A stretch of 64,000 bases of DNA from an uncultured candidate division Zixibacteria bacterium (GTDB taxonomy: Bacteria > Zixibacteria > MSB-5A5 > UBA10806 > 4484-95). This document shows, piece by piece, positions 40,538 through 51,900 of the stretch (position 1 is the first letter of the stretch; each line of letters opens with the position of its first letter). Location: positions 1 to 64,000 of the forward strand of contig CAXXKA010000005.1 of the NCBI GenBank assembly GCA_963668625.2, read 5' to 3'. A program made the translations under genes and the position numbers. The notes beneath the pieces were generated by a model, which was not told the origin of the DNA, did no database searches, and was given only the letters and a program-made list of their open reading frames with translations.

Positions 40538-41524
40538 TTACCGGAAATCTCTCACGGCCGCGACGATATTATCTAGTTTGGCCTTGCTCTCCTCGATCGT
40601 ACGTGTCTTCAAACCGCAATCGGGATCGATCCATAACTGCTCTTTCGGAATAAACTCGAGTGCCTGCTTAATCCGATCCTTGATCACGCTTACACCCTCC
40701 AATTCATGCGTATGGACATCCACGACCCCGAAAGAGATATCCTTGGTAAAAGGGTACTGTTTGAATTTCTCCAGCATTGCCAGGTCGGAATTGGATAGCT
40801 CCAGATCGATATTATCAACCGGGATTTCCAGCATTTTCGGGTAAATTTTCTCGAATGTACCATAACAGATATGTGTGACAAAATAGGCATTCTGGCCATC
40901 GGTAACATGATGCATTGCCTCGATTGCCAGATCGAGTTCATCGGTTCTGACCGATATTGCCGGTTCATCTATCTGGATGATCTTACAGCCGACCTCGATC
41001 AGCGAGGCGACCTCCAGACGTATACATTCGGCCAGGGCCATAGCGGCGGCTTTGCGATCCTCGTAATACTCGTTAAAAGACCAATCCATGATAGTGTAAG
41101 GCCCGGTGAGCATGCCTTTAACGGGCCGGGAGATTTTCGACTGGGAGTAGCTCCACCACTCGGAGGTCATAGAATATGGCCATTTAACTTCGCCCACTAT
41201 GATCGGTTTGTAGTAGAATCGATTGCCATACGAACGCACCAGCCCGCCTTTATCGAATCCCGGCATATGCTCGGCAAAAAACGCAACCATATCACCGCGA
41301 TACATCTCGCCATCGACCAGTACATCGATACCGGCTTTATCCTGGTAATCCAGCCACTCATCCGTTGCCTGACATTCCAACCGTTTGAGTTGCTCCTTGC
41401 TGATCCGGTTTTTGGAAAACTCGAATCTGGCTTTAGTCAGGTACCTCGGTTTGGGGAATGAACCGACACTGGTAATTGGTAGGAAGGGAAGCTCTATGCC
41501 CAATTTTCTCAGCTTCTCATTCAT
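40538..41524 (-). CDS. metE: Cobalamin-independent methionine synthase, catalytic C-terminal half (split MetE)
   Basis: VGSFP, DGEMYRGDMV, KGMLTGPYT, IQIDEP; Zn ligands THIC...E...PDCG. Confidence 0.85.
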   Translation of the reverse strand: MNEKLRKLGIELPFLPITSVGSFPKPRYLTKARFEFSKNRISKEQLKRLECQATDEWLDYQDKAGIDVLVDGEMYRGDMVAFFAEHMPGFDKGGLVRSYGNRFYYKPIIVGEVKWPYSMTSEWWSYSQSKISRPVKGMLTGPYTIMDWSFNEYYEDRKAAAMALAECIRLEVASLIEVGCKIIQIDEPAISVRTDELDLAIEAMHHVTDGQNAYFVTHICYGTFEKIYPKMLEIPVDNIDLELSNSDLAMLEKFKQYPFTKDISFGVVDVHTHELEGVSVIKDRIKQALEFIPKEQLWIDPDCGLKTRTIEESKAKLDNIVAAVRDFR

Positions 41525-42492
41525 TATTCGCCTCCCTTAATAAATGCTACTGTCGTCGCCGCCAGTTTCAGTTTATCGTAAGCCCTGCCGCGCGGTAAGA
41601 ACTCCAGCCCACAGCTTGTACTTAAATAAGCCCTGTCGGAGTTGACTTTCTCTAATATCGATTCGGCTATGATTGCCATTCTTTCAGGTTTTTCAAGTTT
41701 CGTGTTTCGGCCATCGATTATGCCCAACCCGATATTCTTATCGAATCCCTTAAGGCTATCCGATAAACCGGGGGAGTAGGTGAAATCAAGCATCAGGCTA
41801 TCGACATTCAGCTCGGCTAGCTTTTCTATATGAGGCGTGATATTACCGAAATAAAAAGCCAACATAAGCTCGGGGATTTCGTCATGACCGGAAATCGTGT
41901 CATATAATGATTTAAACAAATCGAAATCCTCAGGCTGAGCGAGAATTGCCGGCTCATCAAGCTGGACTAAACAGGCGCCCTCGGCTTTTAGCGCCACTAG
42001 TTCGACCATGTAGATATTTATCAACTCCTCCAACCGTGTCTCGAAATCCATATCGATATTTGACAGCCTGAGCAAACTATATGGCCCGAACATCACCGCT
42101 GAAGCTTTTTCCTCAGCTAACCTGGCGCTGAACTTGTAATCCTCCACGATCAGGCTCTTATCGGCAGTAAATGCCCCCGTGACTTTCGGTTGACGGTATA
42201 AGTAATTAGTATCGAAAAACCTGAGCAAGCCGGTAATCTCGAAACCATCTATTTTGCCGGCCAGATAGGAGAGAGGATCGTAAGTTCTCACCATGCCATC
42301 GGTAATAATATCGCAACCGGAATTTACCTGCTCGGTTACTATTTTGGCCACCGTATCATCAAGTATACGAGCCACCTCCGTCGCTGTCATCCGGCCTTTA
42401 TCGAGGCTGTTATATGCTTTTCTCAGACATTGTAGCTCCGGCGTATCGCCCACCCGGGGATAAGATGAATGGTTTTTAGAAAATATCTGCAT
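41524..42492 (-). CDS. MetE N-terminal-half-like protein (partner of split MetE)
   Basis: YPRVG, RFFDTNYLYRQP, VQLDEP, AFYFG, GIIDGRN, STSCGL; lacks the HxC Zn motif; coupled to the downstream half by a stop/start overlap. Confidence 0.8.
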   Translation of the reverse strand: MQIFSKNHSSYPRVGDTPELQCLRKAYNSLDKGRMTATEVARILDDTVAKIVTEQVNSGCDIITDGMVRTYDPLSYLAGKIDGFEITGLLRFFDTNYLYRQPKVTGAFTADKSLIVEDYKFSARLAEEKASAVMFGPYSLLRLSNIDMDFETRLEELINIYMVELVALKAEGACLVQLDEPAILAQPEDFDLFKSLYDTISGHDEIPELMLAFYFGNITPHIEKLAELNVDSLMLDFTYSPGLSDSLKGFDKNIGLGIIDGRNTKLEKPERMAIIAESILEKVNSDRAYLSTSCGLEFLPRGRAYDKLKLAATTVAFIKGGE

Positions 42493-42609
42493 TTAATCTC
42501 CACTACTGCTTTAAAACATATATATCATTTTAATCGATATTTATCGAAATATCACCGAGTAAATATAATTCACTCGATAATTACAAATCTATAAACAATA
42601 ATATATTAT

Positions 42610-42863
42610 CACTAGTGTCCGGTGTTTTTCGGTAAATTTAAAATTTCTCCTTGGAATTGTCAGTGAAAGATATTTTCCGATATAATCATATATTCAGCGC
42701 ATCATGCATCCTTACATTTCCTGCTGATGTTAGGCTTAGTTCCCTGGTTTCCAAGCGCTGCCTGGAAACCTTCTTGAGTCATGTAGAATGCGCATTCTGC
42801 CGTCAAACAAGCCACGTTGCCAAGCAGCGTTTCGCAGCGAGATGGAAAGGCCGGACAGTGGTG
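42610..42863 (+). mobile_element. MITE copy 1 (254 bp)
   Basis: TIRs CACTAGTGTCCGG / CCGGACAGTGGTG; 9-bp target duplication ATATATTAT at 42601-42609 and 42864-42872. Confidence 0.9.
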
Positions 42864-42897
42864 ATATATTATAAAAGGTTCATCCGCAAAACGGTTT

Positions 42898-43785
42898 TTA
42901 CCATTCGGATTTTTCGATATCCGGCCAATAATCACTTTTCTTGAAATTAACCAGGAATTGAACATAGAACAAATCTTTACCCGGTATTTCATCCGGCCAG
43001 TATTGCATTAATATGGTTTCGGCCTTATCTTTTTTGTTAGCGTAAATATAGTCAAGCATCAAACCCCATAACCGAGCAGGCGGGTATTTATAGTATTCGT
43101 GATCGGGATCGTATTCCTTTTCCACGCGGCGCTTGATCGCTTTTTCCAAATCCTTGATCGCGTTTTTATCGATTTGTTTCAAGAGGTAGTCGCTGAACTT
43201 GAAATTGGCTCCCCGGTATTTGCCGTTATCCCATTTATAGATAACCGTAGGACGGGGAGACTCCGAAAACGGGGCATTCCATTTCAGATAATGAGGATCC
43301 TGAAAGATCAGTTCAGGGATGGAGTCATTGTCGATATCTTTCAACTCGAACTCATCGAATTCCTGAAGATCGAACGTGCCTAAATCCTGAATAGCGGCTT
43401 TGCCAAGCGTGTGAAAAGCTATATGATTACAGCAACCACCCAGACCTGTATGGCCCTGGATTATAATCTCCTCCAGTCCATCACCGTTGATATCTCTGGC
43501 GTAATCGGGTTTTGAGGCTTTTTCACCACCATTGAAATCGTATAGTTCGAGATTTTTACTGGCGGTGTACATCGTTGGGGCGCCATCCAGGTAAAATATC
43601 AATTGCTGGGCTTTATTGCCCCTGGCTATTCCTTTCATTCCGGTGAGTTCATACTTGCCGACAGAGTAATGGTCATCGATAACCAGTGAGTCGATTATCT
43701 CTTTCGCGATCTGGTCCTGGGCGTGAACCATACCCATAGTCAGGCTTAAAACCATCAGTATGGTAATGACTAATGCTTTTCTCAT
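42898..43785 (-). CDS. Secreted hypothetical protein
   Basis: Signal peptide; DINGDG/DIDND loops; GGCC motif; GAGGAAGAG upstream. Confidence 0.75.
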   Translation of the reverse strand: MRKALVITILMVLSLTMGMVHAQDQIAKEIIDSLVIDDHYSVGKYELTGMKGIARGNKAQQLIFYLDGAPTMYTASKNLELYDFNGGEKASKPDYARDINGDGLEEIIIQGHTGLGGCCNHIAFHTLGKAAIQDLGTFDLQEFDEFELKDIDNDSIPELIFQDPHYLKWNAPFSESPRPTVIYKWDNGKYRGANFKFSDYLLKQIDKNAIKDLEKAIKRRVEKEYDPDHEYYKYPPARLWGLMLDYIYANKKDKAETILMQYWPDEIPGKDLFYVQFLVNFKKSDYWPDIEKSEW

Positions 43786-43812
43786 CTCTTCCTCACTCCT
43801 GTACTTTTGAAA

Positions 43813-44907
43813 TTAGAATTCACTTATCGGTATCGGTATAAAACAAAGGATGAAAATAGCTATCGTGATAAAGCCAATTATCATCCGCTTATTATCCAGT
43901 GGTATCTCGTCCATTACTGTCGGTGGATGTTTCGGTTTCACTATTATAACCGAAAGCAGCGCCCAGATAAGCCATCCAAGCCAAAAATAAGACAGGATTA
44001 GCAATCCGGCAATCATCACATATGCTATTTTCACCTGAAATTTACCAAACATCGCATACACGATATGCCCGCCATCGAGCTGGCCTATGGGTAGAAGGTT
44101 TAACATGGTGATCAGGAACCCTACCCTGGCCGCAAACGCCATAGGAGTAATTACCGCCATATAGCCATCCGGTGGGGAGGGCTGCACCAGGTGAGTTATC
44201 AAGCTGTAAAGTAGCGAATCGCCCAGGTTTATCAGGCCGGGTGTGTTTAACACCTCCGGTATATAGATGGGATTACTCAAACCCCAGATAGCCAGAGGAA
44301 TGGCCACGACCATGCCCGAGATTGGCCCGGCCGCGCCAACATCGAAAAGTTGCTTGCGGGTGACAAACGGCGATTTAATCCTGATGACCGCTCCCATAGT
44401 CCCTACGAAATTGGGGAAGGGAATAAAGTAAGGCAGGGTGACATTTGCCCCGTGAATACGCGAGGCTATATAATGCCCGAACTCATGGAATAGCAGTATA
44501 GCGATCAGCGAAAACGCGAACGAGCCGCCGGCGCTGATAATTCGTAGAGGTTCCTGCCAGATTATCTCAGGATGGCTGATAAAATCCACGCCTACCGAGC
44601 CGGCGCCAACCAGCAGAGTAGAGATAAGGGTCAGCACGAACAGAACTATATTCAACCAGGGTATCTTTATATTTGAAATCTTGCCGGGTAGCTTAAGCTT
44701 TATCACCACGTTCGGCTCCATCATAACAATTTCCGAATTACCCGGAAGATTCGATATCCGGTTTAATATATCCATCTCGGAAAGCAGCATGAGATCGTTT
44801 GGAGTGCCCCGCATCAGTATTTCCGAACGACTACCGTATACGACATCAATATTGATAACAGGCTCTAATGAGGCTATGTATTGACTTACTATCTCATTAT
44901 TGTTCAT
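43813..44907 (-). CDS. Site-2 protease (M50 family)
   Basis: HEFGH, AAGP and NLLPIGQLDGG motifs; multiple TMs. Confidence 0.93.
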   Translation of the reverse strand: MNNNEIVSQYIASLEPVINIDVVYGSRSEILMRGTPNDLMLLSEMDILNRISNLPGNSEIVMMEPNVVIKLKLPGKISNIKIPWLNIVLFVLTLISTLLVGAGSVGVDFISHPEIIWQEPLRIISAGGSFAFSLIAILLFHEFGHYIASRIHGANVTLPYFIPFPNFVGTMGAVIRIKSPFVTRKQLFDVGAAGPISGMVVAIPLAIWGLSNPIYIPEVLNTPGLINLGDSLLYSLITHLVQPSPPDGYMAVITPMAFAARVGFLITMLNLLPIGQLDGGHIVYAMFGKFQVKIAYVMIAGLLILSYFWLGWLIWALLSVIIVKPKHPPTVMDEIPLDNKRMIIGFITIAIFILCFIPIPISEF

Positions 44908-44911
44908 TATA

Positions 44912-46068
44912 TTACTTTAACCACTTCATTCTATAGTTTATATCTTCAGAGGTTGCCTCAAGGCCGAAATCAAGCATAAATATCTCATATGACTCGACGC
45001 CGTCCCGTACTATCATATATGAATAAGCGATCTTTGTTCCATCAGGTGATATCGCCAAATAATATTTTAAACCGCTATCGAATGTCAAAGTATAGTCCTG
45101 ATCATTTTTCATATAATGTATATTTGAGTTCCTATTATCACCTGAGATGAAGGCAAACTCCTTACTTTTTACAGTCGCCGGATAATACGAACCCTCGGAC
45201 ATGAAAGTTTTACGCACGTTTGTCAATATCTCCACTTTTTCGCCATCGACTGGAATACTGTACACGTTTTTCGTAAACTTGCCGTTTGAAAAACCGGCCT
45301 CGAACATTATAACGCCCGCGTTTGCAGAGATATTTTGAATAAGAGGCAGGGGTCGTTTAAAGCTTAACAGGCTTTCGTTATCGAAAATAACTGTCTCGAT
45401 ATGATTCCGCCAATCCTTGTACACCAGAACTCCCTTAGCTGTATTGTAGGTAATCACACCATCCAAAAGCGGGCAATAAGAGCCTCCGGATAATTCACAA
45501 CATTCGGTGATCGTCCCGAGTTCCATATCATATAAGTACAGCTTCTTCAAGCTGCCAGGTGATTGCCCGGCGCTCTGGTTTACAAGAAAGTAGAAACTAT
45601 TGTCACCGTTGAAGCGCGGTTTATATGGATTATCAATATCCATCTCAGGCAGGATTTCTACTTTCGTTTCCAGGTCATATATCACGATCCTCGATGATAA
45701 TTTCTCATAATCGTTAAAAAAGCCGTCATCCAGGCTGATAGCTGAGGTGTCACGCGCTAATATCAATCGGTTTCCGGAGGGCGAAAATCCGCCGACCCGA
45801 TCGGCAAACACATTATCTGTGATCCTGACCAGGCTGTAATTTCCTCCCAGCATCGTTGCCGCAGGGGCCAGAAGCGTAGAATCTTTCTCGAGCTGCCTCG
45901 ATATCTCAACTGCCGCATAGCCGAAATTACCCTCATCAATATGTTTTTGCGCGAACATCAGTTTCTCCGGCGGTGATTGCACCAGTAGTCGCTCATCGGG
46001 GATACCCTGCGCGTTAACGATAGAGAAAGCGAATAATATCAGGATAAGGGCTTTCACTGGACTTATCA
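44912..46068 (-). CDS. Secreted TolB/PD40-like beta-propeller protein
   Basis: Signal peptide; FSPSGN and ISPDGTKIAY motifs. Start is uncertain (46096 alternative). Confidence 0.6.
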
Positions 46069-46362
46069 TATCAGTATACCTGAACATCCAACTCAAACAT
46101 ATCTTAATATTAATAAATAACTTATCAGAATTCTACCGGAATTTTGATTTTCCTATCTCAAACACCTATTTTGTATCAACAGAGAATTGGTTTACTCCTT
46201 ATCAGCATTGAACTTATACAATACTTTCATTGACAATCCGTTACTTATTGTTTATTATATTGTATACGCTTCAAGAGGAAAGTTGTTGAACTACGGATTT
46301 TTTAATAATGCGAGACGTCCTTACTAATCGATTAATTATTTAAATATTAAAGATAGGGTGTT

Positions 46363-48531
46363 ATGATGAAAAATGTATTGATTGCCGCCGCCTGTTTATT
46401 ATTGATTTCAACTTCGTTATTCGCTCGAACATCATTTGATGAATTCGAATATTTCCATCCCCGGAATAACGCAACATTAGTATCCAGAGCCACCAATATC
46501 GTGATCCGGCAGGGAGCGCTTTTGGAACGAAATTCGGAATTCTCCAACATCGCTAAAATAACCGGCTCCGAAAGCGGAGAACATACTTATACTGCTGTTA
46601 TCTCGGATGATGACAAATCGCTGGTAATCATGCCCGAACACGAATTTATACCCGGTGAGGTCGTTAACGTGACCTTACATTCCGGATTGAAAGCACAGGA
46701 TAAAAGCGAGCTTTCGAGCTTGAACTGGAGTTTCACAATTTCTCCCCGGACCGAGCATATATCAGCACAGAGCATCTTATATGAACTGGAAGATTTGCCG
46801 GAAACATTTGATAATGGTGATGAAGGTAATGAGGGTAATGATGGGGGGACTGATCCCGCCTCGTTTACCAGGCAGAAACCGCCTAAACAGGGGGACAAAG
46901 TCACCCGCAATGGCGTTTCGTTACCCTCCGATTTCCCCGATATAACGGTGACAACCTCTGATGACCCTGATTCGGGTTATATTTTTCTTTCTAATTTCTA
47001 CGGCTCGGATGTTCAATACAATATGATTTTGGATAACAACGGCGACCCGGTTTATTATCATCGCGTACCCGAGAACACTTTCGATTTTAAAAAACAACCA
47101 AATGGTTTACTTACCTATTATACTTATTGGACATACCAGTTCTACGCTATGGATTCGACCTACACCGTGGTCGACTCGTTCCAATGCGGCAACGGTTACG
47201 AGATGGATACCGATCCGCATGATTGCCAGATATGGGATAACGGTCATGTTATGGTTATCGCGTATGATGGCCAAACTATCGATATGCGAGAGTATGAGGG
47301 CTGCGGTATGCCTAATGCCCTGGTCTTCGGCTTGATAATTCAAGAACTCGATACCGAGAAAAACGTAGTCTGGGAATGGCGCTCATGGGATCATTTCGAG
47401 ATCACCGATGCCACCTGGGATATCAATCTCTGCAACACCCGTATCGACTATGTTCATGGCAATGCGGTTGAATTGGATTACGATGGCAACCTGCTGTTAT
47501 CGAGCCGCAACCTGGATGAGGTAACGAAGATAGATCGGACCACCGGCGATATCATCTGGCGCTGGGGGGGCGAGAACAACATGTTTACTACGATTAACGA
47601 TACCCGTCCTTTCTCTCATCAGCATGATATCCGTCGCCTGCCAAATGGACATGTAACGCTATACGATAACGGCAATCTCAATGATCCTTTCTATTCACGA
47701 GCGCTCGAATACGAACTGGATGAGGTTAACCTCACCGCCACCCTGATCTGGGAGTACCGTCAAACCCCCGATGTTGCAGCCGGCGTAATGGGCAACACTC
47801 AGCGTCTGGCCAGTGGGCACACGGTCATAGGCTGGGGCTCGGCGCATCCGAATGTGACCGAACTAAACGAACTGGGCGAGAAGGAATTCGAGATGAGTTT
47901 CAATCCCAGCGTCATTAGCTATCGTGCCTTCAGATTCCCCTGGCACGGCGTAGCGGCCCGGCCTTACCTGATAGCGGAGGAAATCGATACCGGCAGACAT
48001 TTGGTGTTTAATAAATTCGGTGATGATTCAGTCGATCGCTACTATATTTTTGCCGATAGTCTGCCCGAACCCACAACTATTTACGATTCTACCGAAAACT
48101 CCTGGTATGATATGGTCAATATGTTAAGTGGTCATTATTACGTTCGCGTGGCAGCTGTAGATTCTTTAGGTAATGTCGGCGAATATTCCAACGAGGTCGA
48201 TTTCGACCATATAGTCGCATTAATGTATCTGCCGGGAGATGCGAACATGGCGCTTGGAGAATGGCCGCCTGTGGTAACCTCCGCGGATGTTTCCTACCTG
48301 GTGAATTATTTCCGGGGACGGCCAATTAACGCCCCATGTAACATGTACGGCCTTTTCGTTTCGGCGGATGTCAACGGTGATTGTCGGACTATAGGAGCTG
48401 ATATAACCTGCATGGTAAATTATTTTCGAGGACGGTATAGCCTGATATTTTGCCCCGATTTGAACACCTTATGGCCGACAAGAGATTATCTACCGTATGG
48501 CAGGCCTCATGATTGGCCCAATTGTGAATAA
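46363..48531 (+). CDS. Arylsulfotransferase (ASST)-like protein with N-terminal Ig-like domain, FN3 and dockerin-like tail
   Basis: DPHD, DYVHGNAV, SSRN and FSHQHD motifs; PGDANM / ADVNGDC repeats; promoter TTGACA-17-TATTAT at 46230-46258. Confidence 0.85.
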   Translation: MMKNVLIAAACLLLISTSLFARTSFDEFEYFHPRNNATLVSRATNIVIRQGALLERNSEFSNIAKITGSESGEHTYTAVISDDDKSLVIMPEHEFIPGEVVNVTLHSGLKAQDKSELSSLNWSFTISPRTEHISAQSILYELEDLPETFDNGDEGNEGNDGGTDPASFTRQKPPKQGDKVTRNGVSLPSDFPDITVTTSDDPDSGYIFLSNFYGSDVQYNMILDNNGDPVYYHRVPENTFDFKKQPNGLLTYYTYWTYQFYAMDSTYTVVDSFQCGNGYEMDTDPHDCQIWDNGHVMVIAYDGQTIDMREYEGCGMPNALVFGLIIQELDTEKNVVWEWRSWDHFEITDATWDINLCNTRIDYVHGNAVELDYDGNLLLSSRNLDEVTKIDRTTGDIIWRWGGENNMFTTINDTRPFSHQHDIRRLPNGHVTLYDNGNLNDPFYSRALEYELDEVNLTATLIWEYRQTPDVAAGVMGNTQRLASGHTVIGWGSAHPNVTELNELGEKEFEMSFNPSVISYRAFRFPWHGVAARPYLIAEEIDTGRHLVFNKFGDDSVDRYYIFADSLPEPTTIYDSTENSWYDMVNMLSGHYYVRVAAVDSLGNVGEYSNEVDFDHIVALMYLPGDANMALGEWPPVVTSADVSYLVNYFRGRPINAPCNMYGLFVSADVNGDCRTIGADITCMVNYFRGRYSLIFCPDLNTLWPTRDYLPYGRPHDWPNCE

Positions 48532-48562
48532 ATGAGTGGTTGTCATCGTTAAGCTTCAATAA

Positions 48563-48817
48563 CACTACTGTCCGGCTTTTCCATCTCGTTGCGAAGCGCT
48601 GCTTCTCAACGTGGCTTGTTTGCCGGCAGAATGCGCATTCTACATGACTCAAGAAGGTTTCCAAGCAGCGCTTGGAAACCAGGAAACTAAGCCTAACATC
48701 AGCAGGACATGTCAGGGTGCATGATAAGCTGAATATAATAATTATATCGGAAAATATTTTTCACTAACAATTCCAAGGAGAAATATAAAAATTAGCGAAA
48801 AACACCGGACACTAGTG
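48563..48817 (-). mobile_element. MITE copy 2 (255 bp), inverted relative to copy 1
   Basis: Same TIRs and interior; 9-bp target duplication CTTCAATAA at 48554-48562 and 48818-48826. Confidence 0.9.
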
Positions 48818-48938
48818 CTTCAATAATTAATCTATAATATTGTTGACAAAGTTTTTCAATTAGATAAATTACTTTTACAAAACTGTTGAATCTACAGTAT
48901 AAAATCAATACAATAGTGCCAAAAAACGAGAGGTGTTC

Positions 48939-51900
48939 ATGCGGAAATACATCATTTTGATATTACTTGTTATAATCTCAACTACGGTTTCTGCTGCTGA
49001 TATCTACAAACAGGTGCGAGTAACGGATTTCGATAGACAGGCTATTGAGAAACTCGCTGTTTATGATATTGTCTTCGTAAAACCCGGCGAGTATATCGAT
49101 ATCGTATTGAATGAGATGGAATTCGAGGAGTTTGATCGCCTGGCCGTTAACTATGAGATAATCCATGATGATCTTACCTCTTTCTATATGAACCGTATTC
49201 CTATGGGTACCACTATGGGCGGATTTCATACATACACCGAAACAATGGCGGCTTTAGATTCGCTATCTACCGCATATCCAGCCCTGGTTACAGTTAAATC
49301 TTCCATTGGCAGTACCCATGACGGCAATCAGCTCTGGGTGGTCAAGGTATCTGATAATCCCTACGTAGATGAGGACGAACCCGAGATATTCATAAACGGG
49401 CTGCATCATGCCCGCGAGCCTATCACCGTCGAGGTCTGTATCGAGTATATAAGAACATTGGCGAAAAACTACGGTACCGATAGCGAGATAACCGATCTGG
49501 TCAATAACAACGAGTTTTTTATCATGCCGATAGCCAATCCTGATGGCTACGAGTATAACCGTCAAACCAACCCCTCTGGCGGGGGAATGTGGCGGAAGAA
49601 CCGCAAAAATAATGGTGATGGCTACTATGGAGTCGATCTCAATCGCAATTATCCTTATCACTGGGGGTACGATAACTCCGGCTCATCCGGATCGACTTAC
49701 AGTGATACCTATCGCGGCGACAGCCCCGGTTCGGAACCGGAAACTCAGGCTTTGATGGATTTCATTATCGATCACGATTTCGCCTGGATAATGAATTTCC
49801 ATTCATATGCCAGCATTACCATCTGGTCGTGGAATTACTATTACGGCTTATGCGAGGATGATGATATGTATTGGGAGTTGTTCGGGAATTATGCCGAGGA
49901 TACGCTTGGCTATGATGCCGGTACCGCCTGGCAGCTTTTATATACAACCAACGGTGATGCCAACGATTGGGCATATGGCGAACGCATAGAAAAGCCGAAA
50001 ACTTTCGCTATAACCACAGAGATCGGCAACAGCGCGGATGGTTTCTGGCCCGAGCAGGCTCGCATCCCGGTACTTGTCGCGGAAAACATCGAGGCTCTCA
50101 AAAATTTCTCGCATAAAGCATACGAAATATATAAGCTGCGTCAACCATCGATACCCGAAATAATCTCACCTGATTACGCCCCAACGGGTCAGCAGTTCTA
50201 TATTCACTGGCATACCGATGAAATCGATACGTTTAACACAGCGATAGATTACCAGGTGATAGAACGCACGGGTTACAGGCGAAACACCAACGACTGCGAG
50301 TCCATTGGCGATTTCACGCTGGATAATTTCATGCTTAACTCATCACGACAATACAGCGGCAGCTACTCGTTATTCTCCGGCTCGGGGGATGAGTATCGTG
50401 CGACAGGGACGATGCTCAACAGGATTCTGGTCGAACCGGGTGATACGCTGACTTTCCGCACCTGGTACGATATCGAAACCGATTGGGACTATGCCTACGT
50501 AGAGGCCTCGAATGACGGCGGCGCCACATGGTACCCGCTCGATGGTAACCTGTCGACCTCGACAAACCCAAACAACCATAATGAGGGACACGGCATAACC
50601 GGCAGTTCCTCGGGCTGGGTTTTGGCTAAGTACTATATTGATGATTATATCGGGCAAGAGATCACTATCAGGTTCCGTTACTGGACCGACCATAATACTA
50701 CGAATGAGGGATTTTATGTCGATGAGATTTATCCTAATGATGAATACGAAAACACGAATATCCTCACCACCAGCGTAACCGCCGAAAGCCTGCTGGTTGG
50801 GCCATACTCGGAGGATACGCGTTATTTTCAGGTTGCCGGCAGGGATGACAGGGGAGACCTGTCTTATTTGTCGAATAGATTCGTTGTCGTAATCGAAAGT
50901 GGCACGATTTATCTTTCCGGTAGTGTTAGTCTTTCGGATAGCCCGGCCGATCTATCCGGTTCGATCGTATCAATAGCGCCAGCCGGCAAAGCCGACACGG
51001 CCGATGTTGGAGGGAATTATATCATTTACGATATTCCCGAGGGTACTTATGATATCACAGCCTCGCATCCCGGTTACTATGATTCGACCGTAACCGGTTT
51101 GTATATCGATGCCGCAACCACGCTAAATTTCGAACTGGAGAGGGAACCTCTGGCTGCCCCCGAGTTGATAGCGCCCGTAAATGATGATAAGCTGACAAAC
51201 TCAAGCGTATATTTCAACTGGTCTGATATCACATACGCCACCGGTTATATTATCGAAATAGCCGAGGACCCGGATTTCGTAAGTGTTATAGAATTCGATT
51301 CCAGCTTATCGGTCTCGGAATACACCGCCGCTTATTTGCCTAACAATCGGTATTACTGGAGAGTTTCGGCATTCGATCTATCTCAGTTTTCACTTAATTC
51401 GAGTATTCAAACATTTTCCGTACAGGTTGCCTGGTCTGCCTCACCGCCTCTGTTGGATCAACCGGAAAACGGCTATACTACTACGGCTACGACAATGAAT
51501 TTTATCTGGTATGAGGTTACCTCAGCAGTAAATTATCTTATAGAGATCGCTGCTGATGATATATTTAACTCAATCGTTAATTACGATTCGACTATAACCG
51601 GTGGAATATATAGCGCAGATTTCAGCGTCGGTAATACCTACTGGTGGCGGGTAAAAGCCTCCAATTCAGGCAATGCCTGGACTGATTACTCCGAAATCAG
51701 GAGTTTCACTATTGATGGTGATCCTCAATTTTTGCCGGGTGATGCCAACGGTGATGGCAGAGTAATTGGTGCGGATGTCACCTATCTGGTTGGCTATTTC
51801 CGTGCGATTAATCCCGCTCCGGAACCGTTTCTTGCCGGTGATGCCAATGGCGATTGCGCTGTAATAGGCTCTGACATTACATATCTGGTAAATTATTTCC

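Noticed and set aside
42493-42609. SAM or cobalamin riboswitch ahead of metE (also checked before yitJ)
   Set aside because: The regions are short and AT-rich, lacking the conserved cores.
42651-42944. Short ORFs sharing 'ETFLSHVECAFCRQTSHV' (also 48389..48664)
   Set aside because: The similarity simply reflects the two MITE copies; starts and stops are not conserved.
42610-48817. Single composite transposon insertion
   Set aside because: Each MITE has its own distinct TSD; the outer flanks do not match each other.
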